DNA of 64,000 bases, taken from NCBI RefSeq assembly GCF_006345805.1, contig NC_043014.1:35588001-35652000 (forward strand). Reading direction: 5' to 3'. Positions 22,819 through 36,703 of the stretch are shown here, piece after piece. How positions within the stretch are numbered: position 1 is the stretch's first letter; each line of letters begins with the position of its first letter. A model generated the notes under the pieces. That model was not told the origin of the DNA and made no database searches. It saw nothing but the letters and a program-made list of their open reading frames with translations. Origin of the DNA: Octopus sinensis (taxonomy: Eukaryota). A program made the position numbers and the translations under genes.

Positions 22819-25800
22819 ATGGCCACCACAGACACCAACACCAACACACACACCACAAAAATATTTCTACTGAATGTAGGAGGGCTGCTGCGCGGAAACT
22901 GTAAAAAGAAAATTTCATTCCTGAGAGACCTTGTGACATGCAATCAAGCTATATGCATGGCACTCACAGAAACGCATCTTGAACCCGATATAGGTGATGC
23001 AGAAATACACATGCCGCAATATGCAGTCATACGCACAGATAGAAAAGGGAGGAGCCATGGTGGAGTTGCAATGTACATCCGAGATGACCTCACGCCCCAG
23101 GTCCTGCTGTCATATTCAAACTCAGTATGTGAAACTCAAATTGTACACATAAGACAACTGAATATCGTCATATGCACTACATATCGCCCACCAGACGCCC
23201 CAAAACACTCAGGCATGTTTGAAGACTGCCTAACAAAAATAGGAGAAGTCCTCACCAACCTTGAACAGCACAACAGTGTATTCTTCATGGGTGACTTTAA
23301 CCTCCCCAATGTGGAATGGCCTGGGGGGCAGATGCTCCCAGGGATGACACACCATCAGCAGGCACAGGTGGAGTCCCTGCTCCATCTCACAAATACCTCT
23401 TTCATGGAGCAAATAGTTCTGCAACCAACAAGGGCAGATAATATACTGGATCTCTGCTTTACAAAACAATATGGATATTATCCATAATGTTAATGTGATG
23501 CCGACAATGATCTCGGATCACAACATAATAGAGCTGTCTATGTATGGAACAAAAGCCCCCGCAGACACACAGCCTATACGAAGCACCCACCATCTCTCCA
23601 ACTTAAACTTTCATAAAGCCAACTGGAAGTCGATTGAGAAAGAGATCCTCAAACAGGATTGGCCTGAATGTCTCTCCACACCGGACATAAACATGAAACA
23701 CAAACACTTCATGTCCATAATACAAGCCATATGTGACAAATATGTCCCAATGTGCAGGGCCAGCACACACAAGAAAAAAAACAGGATCCCTAGAGAAAGG
23801 AGGATTCTTATGAGACGACGGACAAGGATTGCAAACCGCCTGAGCAAGCACACCAAAAGTGGTGAGAAGTCTCGGCTCGAAAGAATGCTAATGGAAACTG
23901 AGAAAAGTCTACATCAGTCCCATGAAAAGGAGAGAGCAGATAAAGAAGCTTGGGTAATAGAAAATATAAAATCAAACCCTAAAGCTTTCTTTAAGTTTGC
24001 CAAAGAGACAGCCACAGTGCACCAGAGAATAGGACCTCTCTTCCAAAAAGATGGCTCTCTCACAGGAAATCCCACGAGGAAGTGAAATACTGAACGAACA
24101 GTTCCAAAGTGTGTTCACTACACCTCTAGGACACAGGCAAGTAAACAACCCAGAAGAATTCTTTGCCACTTTACCAGCGGCCAAAGAGACAAAAATTGAG
24201 TACATCAACATCGAAGAAGATGATATCACACTAGCCATTGATGAGATTGACACAAACTCAGCTGCTGGACCTGATGGATTCCCAGCGATCCTTCTCAAAT
24301 CGTGCAAACGAGCCCTTGCAAAACCGCTACAGCTTCTTTTTCAGAGCTTTCTTGCAAGTGGTAAGCTCCCAGTCAAACTGAAAGAGGGGGTAATATGCCC
24401 TATCCATAAGGGAGGTAGCAGAGCAGATGCTAAAAATTATAGGCCTATCTCTCTGACCTCACACATCAGCAAAGTCATGGAACGAATAGTCCGTAAGAAA
24501 CTAATCATGTTCCTTGAAGAAAATGACTTACTGTCTGACACCCAGCATGGATTTCGACCAGGTAGAGGCTGCCTAACACAGCTCCTGCAGCACTATGACT
24601 GGGTGTTGAAACAGCTACTAAATGGCTCAAATGTGGATGTAATATATCTTGACTTTGCAAAAGCCTTTGATAAAGTCGACCATGGTATGATCTGTCATAA
24701 ACTGCGTGGTCTCGGCATAGGCGGGAAACTTGGAGAGTGGCTGCACAACTTCCTAAAAGACAGAAAACAGGCAGTTGTGAGCAATGGAGCCACCTCCAGG
24801 GAAACGCAAATAACAAGCGGTGTCCCACAAGCGGTGTCTTGGGGCCACTGATGTTCATAGTGGCCCTTTCAGACATGCCTTCAGTTGCTACGATGACCAC
24901 CCTTGCTAGCTATGCAGATGACACAAAGGTCTCCCACGCAATACAGAACCCTGAAAATATTGCGCATCTGCAACATGAGCTGGACACAATATACAGGTGG
25001 GCTGAGGACAACAACATGCAGTTTAATGCAGGTAAGTTCCAGGCCCTGCGCTACTGGCACACAAAGGTAAATGACGTGAAGACTGGATACACTGGCCCAG
25101 GAAGAATTGCAATCCCTGAGTCAAAATCAGTGCGTGACCTGGGCATTGACATGAGCAATGATGCATCTTTCCAAATGCATATTGCTAATCTGGTGATAAA
25201 ATGCAGACGGCTAGCTGGATGGATTCTCCGAACTTTCAGAACAAGAGAGAAGGAGACACTGATGGTCCTATGGAAAACATTTGTCCTCAGCCGCTTGGAC
25301 TACTGCTCCCAACTTTGGTCACCACACAATATAAAACAAACAGCAGAACTCGAAGCAACTCAGAAGCTACAGAAAGTACACAGAAAATCGTCTCAATGCA
25401 AAATGTCAGCTACTGGGAAAGACTGAAGGTATTAAACCTCTTCTCCCTGGAGCGGAGGCGGGAGAGATATGCAGTAATATACATCTGGAAAATCCTGGAG
25501 GGTCTTATCCCAAACTTTGGCATTCAAAGTTACTCCAACCGCAGAACGGGGCGCCGCTGCGTGGTGCCAAGGATTCCAACATCACCATCAAAATACAGGT
25601 CCAGATACTGCAACAGCTTGGGTTTCAGAGGACCACAGCTTTTCAACATCCTCCCTAAATGCCTGAGAGACTTACATGGTGTGGATGTGGGTTTCTTTAA
25701 AACTAAACTGGATCTCTTCTTGTTGGAGTCCCAGATGAACCTACCTCACGACAGGAGACGCGGATGCGGGCAGCAGCATCGAACTCCCTTGTTGATCAAG

Positions 25801-25832
25801 TGCCACGTATCAGAGGTGGATTCACAAACTAG
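22819..25832 (+). pseudogene. LINE ORF2 (apurinic endonuclease plus reverse transcriptase), frameshifted
   Basis: EN motifs LTETHL, RSHGGVA, GDFN, LDLCFT, SDHN; RT motifs NYRPISLTS, QHGFRPGR, YLDFAKAFDKVDH, GVPQ..LGPL, SYADDT; C-terminal PDEP..RAAASNSL. About 5 small frameshifts (near 23465, 24075, 24830, 25370, 25728). Confidence 0.93.
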
Positions 25833-26905
25833 TGTGGCTCATTCAGCGGTGGTGCCCCAGCATGGCCGCGGCCTTCGGGCTAAAACATTTTTAAGGATTT
25901 TAAGGATTTATATATATCAACACCATCAAAAAGTTCAGAAAGTGATCCAAGTGGTGTAAGCTTCGTACTATTCACTTATCATACCTATTACACATAAACA
26001 CTCACATACGTATTTCTTTCATTGGATTTTCCAAATTCCAACAGATATAAAAAAAAAGACTTCAGGCGGAGAGCAAGAAAACTAACTTGAGAGGGAGGGT
26101 AGCATAAAGGAGATGGGGATTGAAGACATTAGAGAGAGGCAGACAGAGAGTAAGAGAGAGGCGTGCGTGGAAAGCCACAAGCGCTAAAACGTAGAGTGCG
26201 CTTGCGTGGAGAGAAACACATACTTACGCTTATGCTTAGATATTCAAAATATCATTGAAGTTATCACTACATACTTGGTTGGTACGGGTGTAGAGTCACT
26301 AGAATGTAGAGATTACCAGCGAGAAAATTGTGTATGGATTTTATGCATATGTAGATTTGTACATGCATCACATACACTAGCTTGTACGCATGCAGGAAGA
26401 TACACAGTTACATACACACACAATCACACACACATATAAAAGCAAGCAAACAAGCAAACATATATAAAGTTGTACATTTTATAGGAGTTTAAGTATGGGT
26501 TTATACCAGAACAATCATTAACAATATTACAAACGTAACAATGCATATATCTGTATTTTCTATACAGGGGTATTTCCATATATGTAAACATGTTTTATAC
26601 ACACAACGCACGCGCATATATATATATTATCGTGGTGTTCCAGCATAACTACAGCCTATAGTTGGAACAGCTAAAGCAGAATAGTGTATATTTTCTTCAT
26701 TATCACTTTTTGTATTTGACATTTATAAAAAAAGATGTCAAAAAAATATAAATAGCTTAATCATTAGAGGCAAATATGCAACATAATGTAACACATACAG
26801 GCGTACTTTTGGCCAGTAAATGACATGTGCGGAGGCATTATAATTTTATGTATATATGCATACATATACATATACATACATATATATAAATATATATATA
26901 TATAT

Positions 26906-27293
26906 AGGCGCAGGAGTGGCTGTATGGTAAGTAGCTTGTTTACCAACCACATGGTTCCGGATTCAGTCCCACTGCGTGGCACCTTTGGCAACTGTCTTCT
27001 ACTATAGCCTCGGGCCGACCAAAGCCTTGTGAGTGGATTTGGTAGACGGAAACTGAAAGAAGCCCGTCGTATATATGTATATATATATACGTGTGTGTGT
27101 TTGTGTGTGTGTGTTTGTCCCCCTAGCATTGCTTGACAACCGATGCTGGTGTGTTTATGTCCCCGATAGAATGAGACCGATAGAATAAGTACTGGGCTTG
27201 CAAAAGAATAAGTCCCGGGGTCGAGTTGCTCGATTAAAGGCGGTGCTCCAGCATGGCCGCAGTCAAATGACTGAAACCAAGTAAAAGAGAGAG
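26906..27293 (+). mobile_element. SINE family A, full length
   Basis: aggcgcaggagtggctgtatggtaagtagc.. through ..cagtcaaatgactgaaaccaagtaaaagagagag. Confidence 0.94.
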
Positions 27294-27310
27294 TATATAT
27301 AATATATATA

Positions 27311-27351
<41 letters not shown>

Positions 27352-27360
27352 ATATATGCT

Positions 27361-27682
27361 GAATCCCCTTCGGTCATGACTGAGCATGGGATTGCACCTA
27401 GAAAGTTACCCTCCCAGGTACAAGTCCGGGCAAGGTTGTTTATGGAAGACCAGCAGTTGCCCATGCATACCGGCCTCCCCTCTCCACGCCACCAGTGTTA
27501 TCCAAGGGAAAGGCAAAGGCTGATACAGTTTGGCACCTGTGACGTCGCAACTCTTTTCTACAGCTGAGTGAACTGGAACAACGAGAAATAAAGTGCCTTG
27601 CTGAAGAACGCAACACGCAGCCCGGTCCGGGATTCGAACTCACAACCTCATGATCGTATGCTCGACGCTCTAAACACAGCCA
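27361..27682 (-). mobile_element. SINE family D (tRNA head, distinct core)
   Basis: Reverse complement head ..gtgagttcgaatcccggaccgggctgcgtgttgcgttcttcagcaaggcactttatttc..ccagttcactcagctgtag; homologous copy at 54909-55200. Confidence 0.82.
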
Positions 27683-29109
27683 TATATATGGGGATGTTTA
27701 TTTGTAAGTAGGTAGTTAGGTATCGTTTGATATACACAGGATTTAAATTCGAGCTACTATAAGTCTATAGGTCTCATGCTCTGATAGGACAATATTTGGA
27801 CGAGCTTGTATATCGTGCCTTGTACTATCATGCAATCTTCCCGGCTCAAAATACAACATGGCTGCTCTCTGATAAAAAGTAGGCAATAGTTAGTTGGTGT
27901 GATTGATAATTCAATGAGGGAAAAGTTAAAGTTTATAAGACTGTATTCCTAATCCGAAGAGTGCAGTGTTCTCCACTTCAATAATAGAAACTTGTCGAGA
28001 TGCATGCATTTAGTATAAATTTAGGAACAAAGTTTCAGTTGATCGTTCGAGTTCTGATATTTAAAAAGCATATGAGTTTTTCGTCCATACAAAGTCTGCA
28101 CTTCCTTGACCCATCAACGTATGGTATGGACCGTTCTACGATGCTCCACTTGATTGATGTGTAGGGCATTGTTGGCCTTTAGGTCTCAGATATGGATACC
28201 TAACTTAATGATTTTCTTCTTGTCTACGCTTAAAAAAGTAGACTAGTGGTTGACTTATCTTTTTATCTGACCAATGTATATTTTCCTTTTCAGTTTTGCT
28301 ATTTTGTAGAACGAAAGTGACCTCTGTGTCGTATACTAGTGAGCTAACCATGCATATCTGGTCGAATGGGTACGTGCTCGGCTCTCTGTATTACATTTTA
28401 GAGCATGCGCCTGCTATGACTTACGTGCAATAACATTTTCCATGCTGGGGTAGCAGCTGTAAGAAACTTTTACTGAAAGTCTACAAAAAAATATGTTATA
28501 ACTATAAATATCCGGAAAATGCCTGTCTATCAAGGAAAGGATTTTTTTTTACTAATGTTTGCCTTAACATTCAAGTACAAAGGAGGAATAAAGCAGATAA
28601 TCTTCCATGGTCTAATTTTAGGCTTCGTACTTTTTATATTAGGGGTAAAAACTATCTTCTATTTGAAGCCATTATTACCCAGGTCATTATTATAGTAAGG
28701 GGCTGCCTTATCGACTATTTCCTTAAAGTAGGAGAGAGAAGACTTTCTATAATTAATATTGGCTATAAGATTTTTAACGGACCGACGGGATACAACGCTA
28801 TTCTCCGTTTATTCTCGTTTCTTTTTCCGTTTATATTTTTCTCTCGATCTTTCTCTTTCTTTCTCACAGAGCACCCCTGCTGTATTTTTGATCGTGAAAG
28901 ATATCGCGAAAGCGCAGGTTACGCTAAACAAAATCGTCCAACTAATTGTAGTATCAGAAAGCTCAAAAATTATAGTAGCTCGCATTTAAATCCTGCATAT
29001 TTTTATATGGCATTTATCTCACGTTGTAGAGTATACCTTTTCTTGATGATCACACCAATAGTGGAACAATACATAATATATATATATGTGTGTATACATA
29101 TATATATAT

Positions 29110-29200
<91 letters not shown>

Positions 29201-29254
29201 ATATACATATACATATACACACACACACACCACAACACACACACACATATATAT

Positions 29255-29480
29255 ATAATTATATATATATATATATTTAGGGAGAATTCACAAAAAAACA
29301 ACAAAAGAAGGAGACAGGTGGTGTAGACAACAAACAGATGTATTAGTATAACGCTCGGGAAGTGAAAAAGTCTTTAACATTTAGAGCCTACGCTCTTCCA
29401 CAGAAAGGAACTCAGAAAGAAACAAGGAGAGAAAATAAAGAATGTGTAGTGGCTAGCGATCTATCATGGCGAAAGCCATA
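29255..29480 (-). mobile_element. Short TA-flanked Penelope-like fragment with a decayed hammerhead-like motif (29372-29407)
   Basis: Reverse complement: cttt-CTGTGGAA-gagc-gtag-gctc-TAAA-tgt-T-aaag..cccgagcgttatactaatacatctgtttgtt. Confidence 0.5.
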
Positions 29481-29527
29481 TATATATGTGTGTGTGTGTG
29501 TGCGCGCGCATATATGTGAGTGTGTGA

Positions 29528-29564
<37 letters not shown>

Positions 29565-29572
29565 CACACTCA

Positions 29573-29620
<48 letters not shown>

Positions 29621-30060
29621 ACTTGAAATGCAGCGGATATAGAGTCAGTATAACGTTTAAATAGTAGCCGTTCAATGAATTTTATGACATTTTATTCCTC
29701 TACATTTTGTTTCATAATTGATAATTCTAGTTTTAGTTTGAGCATCGGCTGCCTTCAGTACAGGCTGCCTAGATTCTACACCCTTCCCTCCTCACACACA
29801 CACACACATTCTTGCATATACATTTTAAAGGATTCCAGATTTATATATAAAACAGTATATAGGTGTGAATGTGTCTATGAGGAATAGGGGTGAGAGAGAG
29901 AGAGAGACAGAAGGAATTAAAGAAAGAAAGAAAAAGAAAGAAAGAAAGAAAGAAAGAAAGCTAAAAATATTTATGTATTTGTGTATACATGCATGTATGC
30001 AAGTATGTATATGATGTAAGCCACTGTGTGTGCATGTGCGCCTCTGTGCGTATGTGTGTG

Positions 30061-30100
<40 letters not shown>

Positions 30101-30565
30101 CGCTTGTACTGCTTCCCCTATTTCGTATTTTATTGGACACACGTTTTTCGAACTTCCGATGCAAACACCCCAAGCGACAACAGCACATTTGTTCTCCGGC
30201 ATTCAATCCTAACACATAAAAACCTTTCCTGCATACCAACTAAAGCATTCCCCACCACCACCACCCTTTACTAAATCTCTACTTTGTAACCCCTTGCACC
30301 TCCATTACTGTGTAATGTGATGTAATGTAATGTAGCGTAATGTAATGTTAAAAAAAAAAAGAACACATAATTACAAAAGATATAGTATGTTAGCTTGGAT
30401 GGTTGATATAAACAGCAAAATGGCCGTTGTAAGGCCATTGCTCTGAGATGGTATTTGATGTTAGTGAAATACTACATAGGATCTCCTAGCTAAAGCTGTA
30501 CATTCTACAGAACAGGGCACCATTGTACCAGCAACTTTATGTATATTTGTGTTTATGTCAGTGTG

Positions 30566-30619
<54 letters not shown>

Positions 30620-30942
30620 TATACACACATATATACAATATATGCATACGCACACATACATACTAAATTAACTACCCCTACATACGCACACACACGCACA
30701 CAGACATCTCAAAAGTAGAGAGCCCTTATTTTATTAACATGAATATATGTAAATACGTATAAGCATATATGTATATTGATATATGTGTGCGTGTCTCTCT
30801 CTATATGTATGTATACGTATATATACATTTATATATATATATATATATAGGTATCTATATATACATATATATCATGTGGGATGCCTATTTGATTTTGAGA
30901 TTTCTGTAAACATGTATGTGTATATACATACATTATATGTGT

Positions 30943-30978
<36 letters not shown>

Positions 30979-31074
30979 ATCTATAGATATTTGTGTATGT
31001 ATAATCATATACATATATTATATATGAGTGTAATAATGTTTGAGTGTATATGTTTTGTTCTTGTCTATGTATAT

Positions 31075-31109
<35 letters not shown>

Positions 31110-31214
31110 GCATTTTAATAAATGTAGGTCTCTCTTTATCCCCTCTTACACTTTCTTTCATTGCCTCCCACGCCTTATCTTTCTCCATCCATCTCTCTCT
31201 CTTCCTCTCTCTCT

Positions 31215-31266
<52 letters not shown>

Positions 31267-31289
31267 CTTTGTGGATACTGAATGCCAGG

Positions 31290-31450
31290 CAGTATTTAAT
31301 TAGTTTCCTCCATTTACTCTCCGCGTTCGATCCCGCGAAGGTCAACTTCGCTTTTCATGTTTCTAAAGTCGATAAAATTAAGTATCATACAAGTCCTGGA
31401 ATCGATTCTATCGATCATGCCTTCCATCGAAAATGCGTCACTTTGCGTTA
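31290..31450 (+). mobile_element. Old SINE B-like relic
   Basis: gcgttcgatccc..ggtcaacttcgcttttcatg..gtcgataaaattaagta..atcgattctatcgat. Confidence 0.55.
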
Positions 31451-31773
31451 TCACTAAGGGTCAGTATGTAAAATATTTTCACAACAATGCATCTTTATTT
31501 CCGCTTTTATATAAATGGGATTATATTGTCCAGTATCATCTTCGTTTTTCTAAAAGGTAGTGACTACTTAGAACTTCCTTCCTTTTCTCAGGCTGGCGTG
31601 CTATGTGTTGACTTGCTCTCAGAGTCCCCACTCCCTCACGCATAATAGGGTCAAAATGTGGTGTACATATATGTATACAGGCATACACACATGCACACAT
31701 AGTTACATACGTACCTAAACGCTTACATACATACATACACACATACATATGTATGTGTCTGTGTATATATATG

Positions 31774-32220
31774 CTCTTTTACTCTTTTACTTGTTTCAGT
31801 CATTTGACTGTGGCCATTTTGGAGCAGCGCCTTTAGTCGAGCAAATCGACCCCATGTCTTATTTTTTGTAAGCTTAGTACTTATTCTATCGGTCTCTTTT
31901 GCCGAACCGCTAATTTACGGGGACGTAAACACATCGGTTGTCAAGCGATGTTGGGGGGCAAACACAGACACACAAACATATACACACACATACATACATA
32001 CATACATACATACATACATACATACATACATACATACATAGATATATATATCTATACATATATACGACGGGCTTCTTTCAGTTTCCGTCTACCAAATCCA
32101 CTCACAAGGCTTTGGTCGGCCCGAGGTTATAGTAGAAGACACTTGCCCTAGGTGCCACGCAGTGGGACTGAACCCGGAACCGTGTGGTTGGTAAGCAAGC
32201 TACTTACCACACAGCCTCTC
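31774..32220 (-). mobile_element. SINE family A
   Basis: Full body with an internal (TACA)n expansion and a (ctctttta)n tail. Confidence 0.92.
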
Positions 32221-32413
32221 ATATATGTATATATATATGTATATATACTTTATTATTAAAGCTGTAAAATCATCAGAAAAATATCACCATCATTGTGATG
32301 ATTTTCCAGTTTTAATAATAATAAAGCACTTACACTACCTCCGGTATTCGAGTACTTTTTTTCCCACCGTGTTTCACATTTTAGTGTGCTTACTCTGGTA
32401 TATATATGCATAT

Positions 32414-32475
<62 letters not shown>

Positions 32476-32999
32476 GCATAAATATTTACCCCATTTAAAC
32501 GTAGATGTTCTGCTAGAAGAAAAAATACTGTAGTTGTCACCATGAGAGAAACTCTCATATTGGATTTTAGTGCAAAATGTACGCCACCTACAGTGCTGAG
32601 AGGACCAGATCACATAATTTCGACCTTCCTTGGTCTTGTAAATGATGATGATGATGATGATGATGATGGAAGGCAAATCGACTAACGAGGAACTATACAG
32701 TCTGCTAGAAATTGTAGTCATAAATATAGCTTTGGGTGGATCAAAACTTTACTACTTTTCTTTTTTTATATACAATAAGGAGCCGATATGATTTAATGAA
32801 GAGATATAAAGGGGAAGAATAGAATTCAGTACACAAAAGTATAGCATATATCTTACTTATTTAGCTTTAAATCTACATAATCGACTTTAGAAACGCGAGT
32901 TTCGTGTGCTGCACTAACCAGCTGTTTCATAGGCGTAACTCGCAAAACACTAGGCCTTCGGTCACGTCGTTCTACAGCTTAACAAATTGTATATATATA

Positions 33000-33189
33000 T
33001 ACATTTAATCCCAACATATTTATCTCGCGCTCCCTCTCTCCCTCCATTTTTTACCTCTAAAACCCTTTCTGTCGAAGAGCTTAGGCTCGAAACGTCAATG
33101 ACTTTTCCATTCTCCCCGAGCGTCAACCTAATATACCTATTTGTTCCCTCACCTGACTTTGTATTTTTTTTGTGTAAATTTGAACTCTC

Positions 33190-33190
<1 letters not shown>
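33000..33190 (+). mobile_element. Short TA-flanked Penelope-like fragment
   Basis: Hammerhead-like motif plus the ccccgagcgtcaacctaatatacctatttgtt block shared with the other two copies. Confidence 0.5.
33065..33100 (+). ncRNA. Minimal type I hammerhead-like motif, variant core CTGTCGAA
   Basis: cttt-CTGTCGAA-gagc-ttag-gctc-GAAA-cgt-C-aatg; palindromic ACGT stem III and a GUC cleavage triplet ending at 33096. Confidence 0.55.
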
Positions 33191-33226
<36 letters not shown>

Positions 33227-33233
33227 ATATATA

Positions 33234-33268
<35 letters not shown>

Positions 33269-33477
33269 GGTCTTTTATAAATTCGACCAGAAGAGATAAA
33301 TACAGTAAATAGCAACTATAAAAATAAGTAATGGAGTCGAATTGATCAGCTAAACCCTTCAATTTGTTGCCTAAATAAAACTGCAGTCTAATGAATGAAA
33401 CCATTAAAAAACAATAAAGAACTAAAAAGTACACACGCACACATACACGAACGCACACGCGCACACACACACATGTA

Positions 33478-33549
<72 letters not shown>

Positions 33550-33896
33550 ATGCATACAGGTCTATCCGTGACCCGTTGGGTCAGTTGGAAAGTTTGAGTT
33601 TCCCAACAACGGAGTTTTGTTTCTTGGGTTCTTTTTCTTTTCCGGGTTATTTCGCATGTTTTGAACGAATGTGACATCGAAATCATGCGTTAACGGTTCC
33701 TTTCCCCGGAATAGGAAAGATTTGGTTGGCCGCTATTTCTTGTACGCGCTGCTACCACGTAACAAGTATTTCGGCTCAATTATTGCAAATAGCCATTACG
33801 TAGTAGTAGGGCATGCTAGAAATAACAGCTAAATCTTTGGAGCTGAGATACATTGAATGCACTCGAAAAAGCCTATGGAAAAACTTATTTCACTCC

Positions 33897-34231
33897 GAGG
33901 TTACGAACGGGTCTTTTACGGTATATTTACCGTATTTTAATAGTCATTTTCACAATAAAATATCTTTTAAACATACCAAAAGATTTTTGTAATGGTATTC
34001 ACTTGAAAATAATATTAAAAAATTTTAAATATTGTCTGTTTAAAGAAAGCTAAAATATAAATATGAGGTTACGAACGGGTCTTTTACGGTATATTTACCG
34101 TATTTTAATAGTCATTTTCACATTAAAATATTTTTTAAATATGTCAAAAAAATTTTGTAATGGTATTCACTTGAAAATAATATTTAAAAATTTAAATATT
34201 ATCTGTTTAAAGAAAGCTAAATTATAAATAT
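33897..34231. repeat. 168-bp tandem duplication, 2 copies
   Basis: gaggttacgaacgggtcttttacggtatatttaccg.. starts at 33897 and 34065. Confidence 0.93.
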
Positions 34232-34393
34232 TTACTATACAAACAAATATCACAAAACCTCATACTGTACTGCACAACGTAAGTATGAGAATATATATAA
34301 AAGAAATTAAAATAAAATATACTATTTCGGAACAAGCATCTTCTAGTATTATTAAGTGTGCAGATATATACATACATACATATATATATAATA

Positions 34394-35176
<783 letters not shown>

Positions 35177-35785
35177 ATATATATAACAAGTTTTATTATA
35201 TCTGAGCAAAAGTTAACATGAGTGATCATGGAGCAATTTGAATCATGGAACAAGTGAATAAAGACTGACTATGGTTAAACAACACTCAATAATACAGACC
35301 CAACAAGAGCTAATAAAGAAACCTCGATAACATTACTCGACTTTTCACATATAACACTTAAATTCCCCTCAAATGTATAGACCAGAAAACCAGGGCATAA
35401 AGGATTATAGAGTCTTAGAAATGCTATATCCATGTGAAACATATGATGGTTACGGATATATTTCCTTTAATCATAGATCGACTAAATCAGTACAGACCAA
35501 AGTGTAACAAAATAGCAACATGAAGTTGTAAAGATAAGATTTGGATGTGATAACAAACACCTGACTTGACATGTGAATGAAAGACAGCCAAGAGGAATTC
35601 TTACATGTCTTGAATCTAACAAACCACGCAAGAATTCACATAATTAATAATGTTTTGGGCAAGAAAAACACAAGGCACTTAATGTATGTGTGTGTATGGG
35701 TATGTATATGGGTGTGCACGTTTTTGTGTATGTATGTGCGTGTGTGTTAAAATTTATTGAGAATGGTGCTTGTTTTGTTATATAT

Positions 35786-35943
35786 CTGTGTGGTAAGTAG
35801 CTTGCTAACCAACCACATGGTTCCGGGTTCAGTCCCACTGCGTGGCATCTTGGGCAAGTGTCTTCTGTTATAGCCCCGGGCCGACCAATGCCTTGTGAGT
35901 GGATTTAGTAGTCGGAAACTGAAAGAAGCCTGTCGTATATATG

Positions 35944-35974
<31 letters not shown>

Positions 35975-36168
35975 CTGTGTTTGTCCCCCTAGCATTGCTT
36001 GACGACCGATGCTGGTGTGTTTACGTCCCCGTCACTTAGCGGTTCGGCAAAAGAGACCGATAGGATAAGTACTGGGCTTACAAAGAATAAGTCCCGGTGT
36101 CGATTTGCTCGACTAAAAAGTTGGTGCTCCAGCATGGCCGCAGTCAAATGACTGAAACAAGTAAAAGA
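35786..36168 (+). mobile_element. SINE family A (young, lacking ~13 nt of the head)
   Basis: Near-consensus body and tail. Confidence 0.94.
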
Positions 36169-36703
36169 AAGACTGTGGTGAAAGCAGAAACAATTGTGAC
36201 GTGCTGGGCTTTTGGGCTTTTTAGGGGTGAATTTGAAGGTTCTGTAGAGTTGTATATGAGAAGAGATTACTCAATTGAAAGAAATCATGTTTAAAATATT
36301 TCAGCGAGTTTATCATGTATTCAGCGAGTGTTACGAAATGAAATGTGTTGCTTAAAACTCTTTTTCAAATAATAGGTAGATAAATTAATACAAGAGAATG
36401 AAAGAGACTATCAATTCTTGGAACAATTTTATAGGTGGTACAATTGGGAACTTTAAAAACTATTTTAGCTTAGCAGTCTATGACATATATTTTAGGAGGA
36501 AATTATTTGTGTAAGAAAATTTGGGCTATGAAAGTAATAACTTGTAAATTAAAAAACGGATTAAACCAATCAACACGACCTTTCTTTATTTAGTGAGTGA
36601 CGCACGAGTATTTGGATTATATTTTACTTCCTCAGTAAAGATACACCTTGTAAGCACTTAATCACCATAGCCTCATTAAATAATTTCTTTAAACGTCTAA
36701 GCA

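Larger units (their letters stand above)
21960..25909 (+). mobile_element. Near-full-length CR1-type non-LTR retrotransposon (LINE)
   Basis: ORF1, APE endonuclease plus RT ORF2, a short 3' UTR with a stem-loop, and a (ttttaagga)n end. The 5' boundary is not resolved. Confidence 0.93.

Noticed and set aside
22131-24900. Minus-strand ORFs of 270, 169, 131 and 111 aa opposite the LINE
   Set aside because: Antisense shadows of LINE ORF1/ORF2 with no recognisable motifs.
28310-28369. 60-nt AG..GT candidate exon (TKVTSVSYTSELTMHIWSN) and a strong acceptor at 28869 opening EHPCCIFDRERY..
   Set aside because: Joining the two gives a stop after a few codons, the peptides are unrecognised, and such sites occur by chance; spliced RNA-seq reads would be needed.
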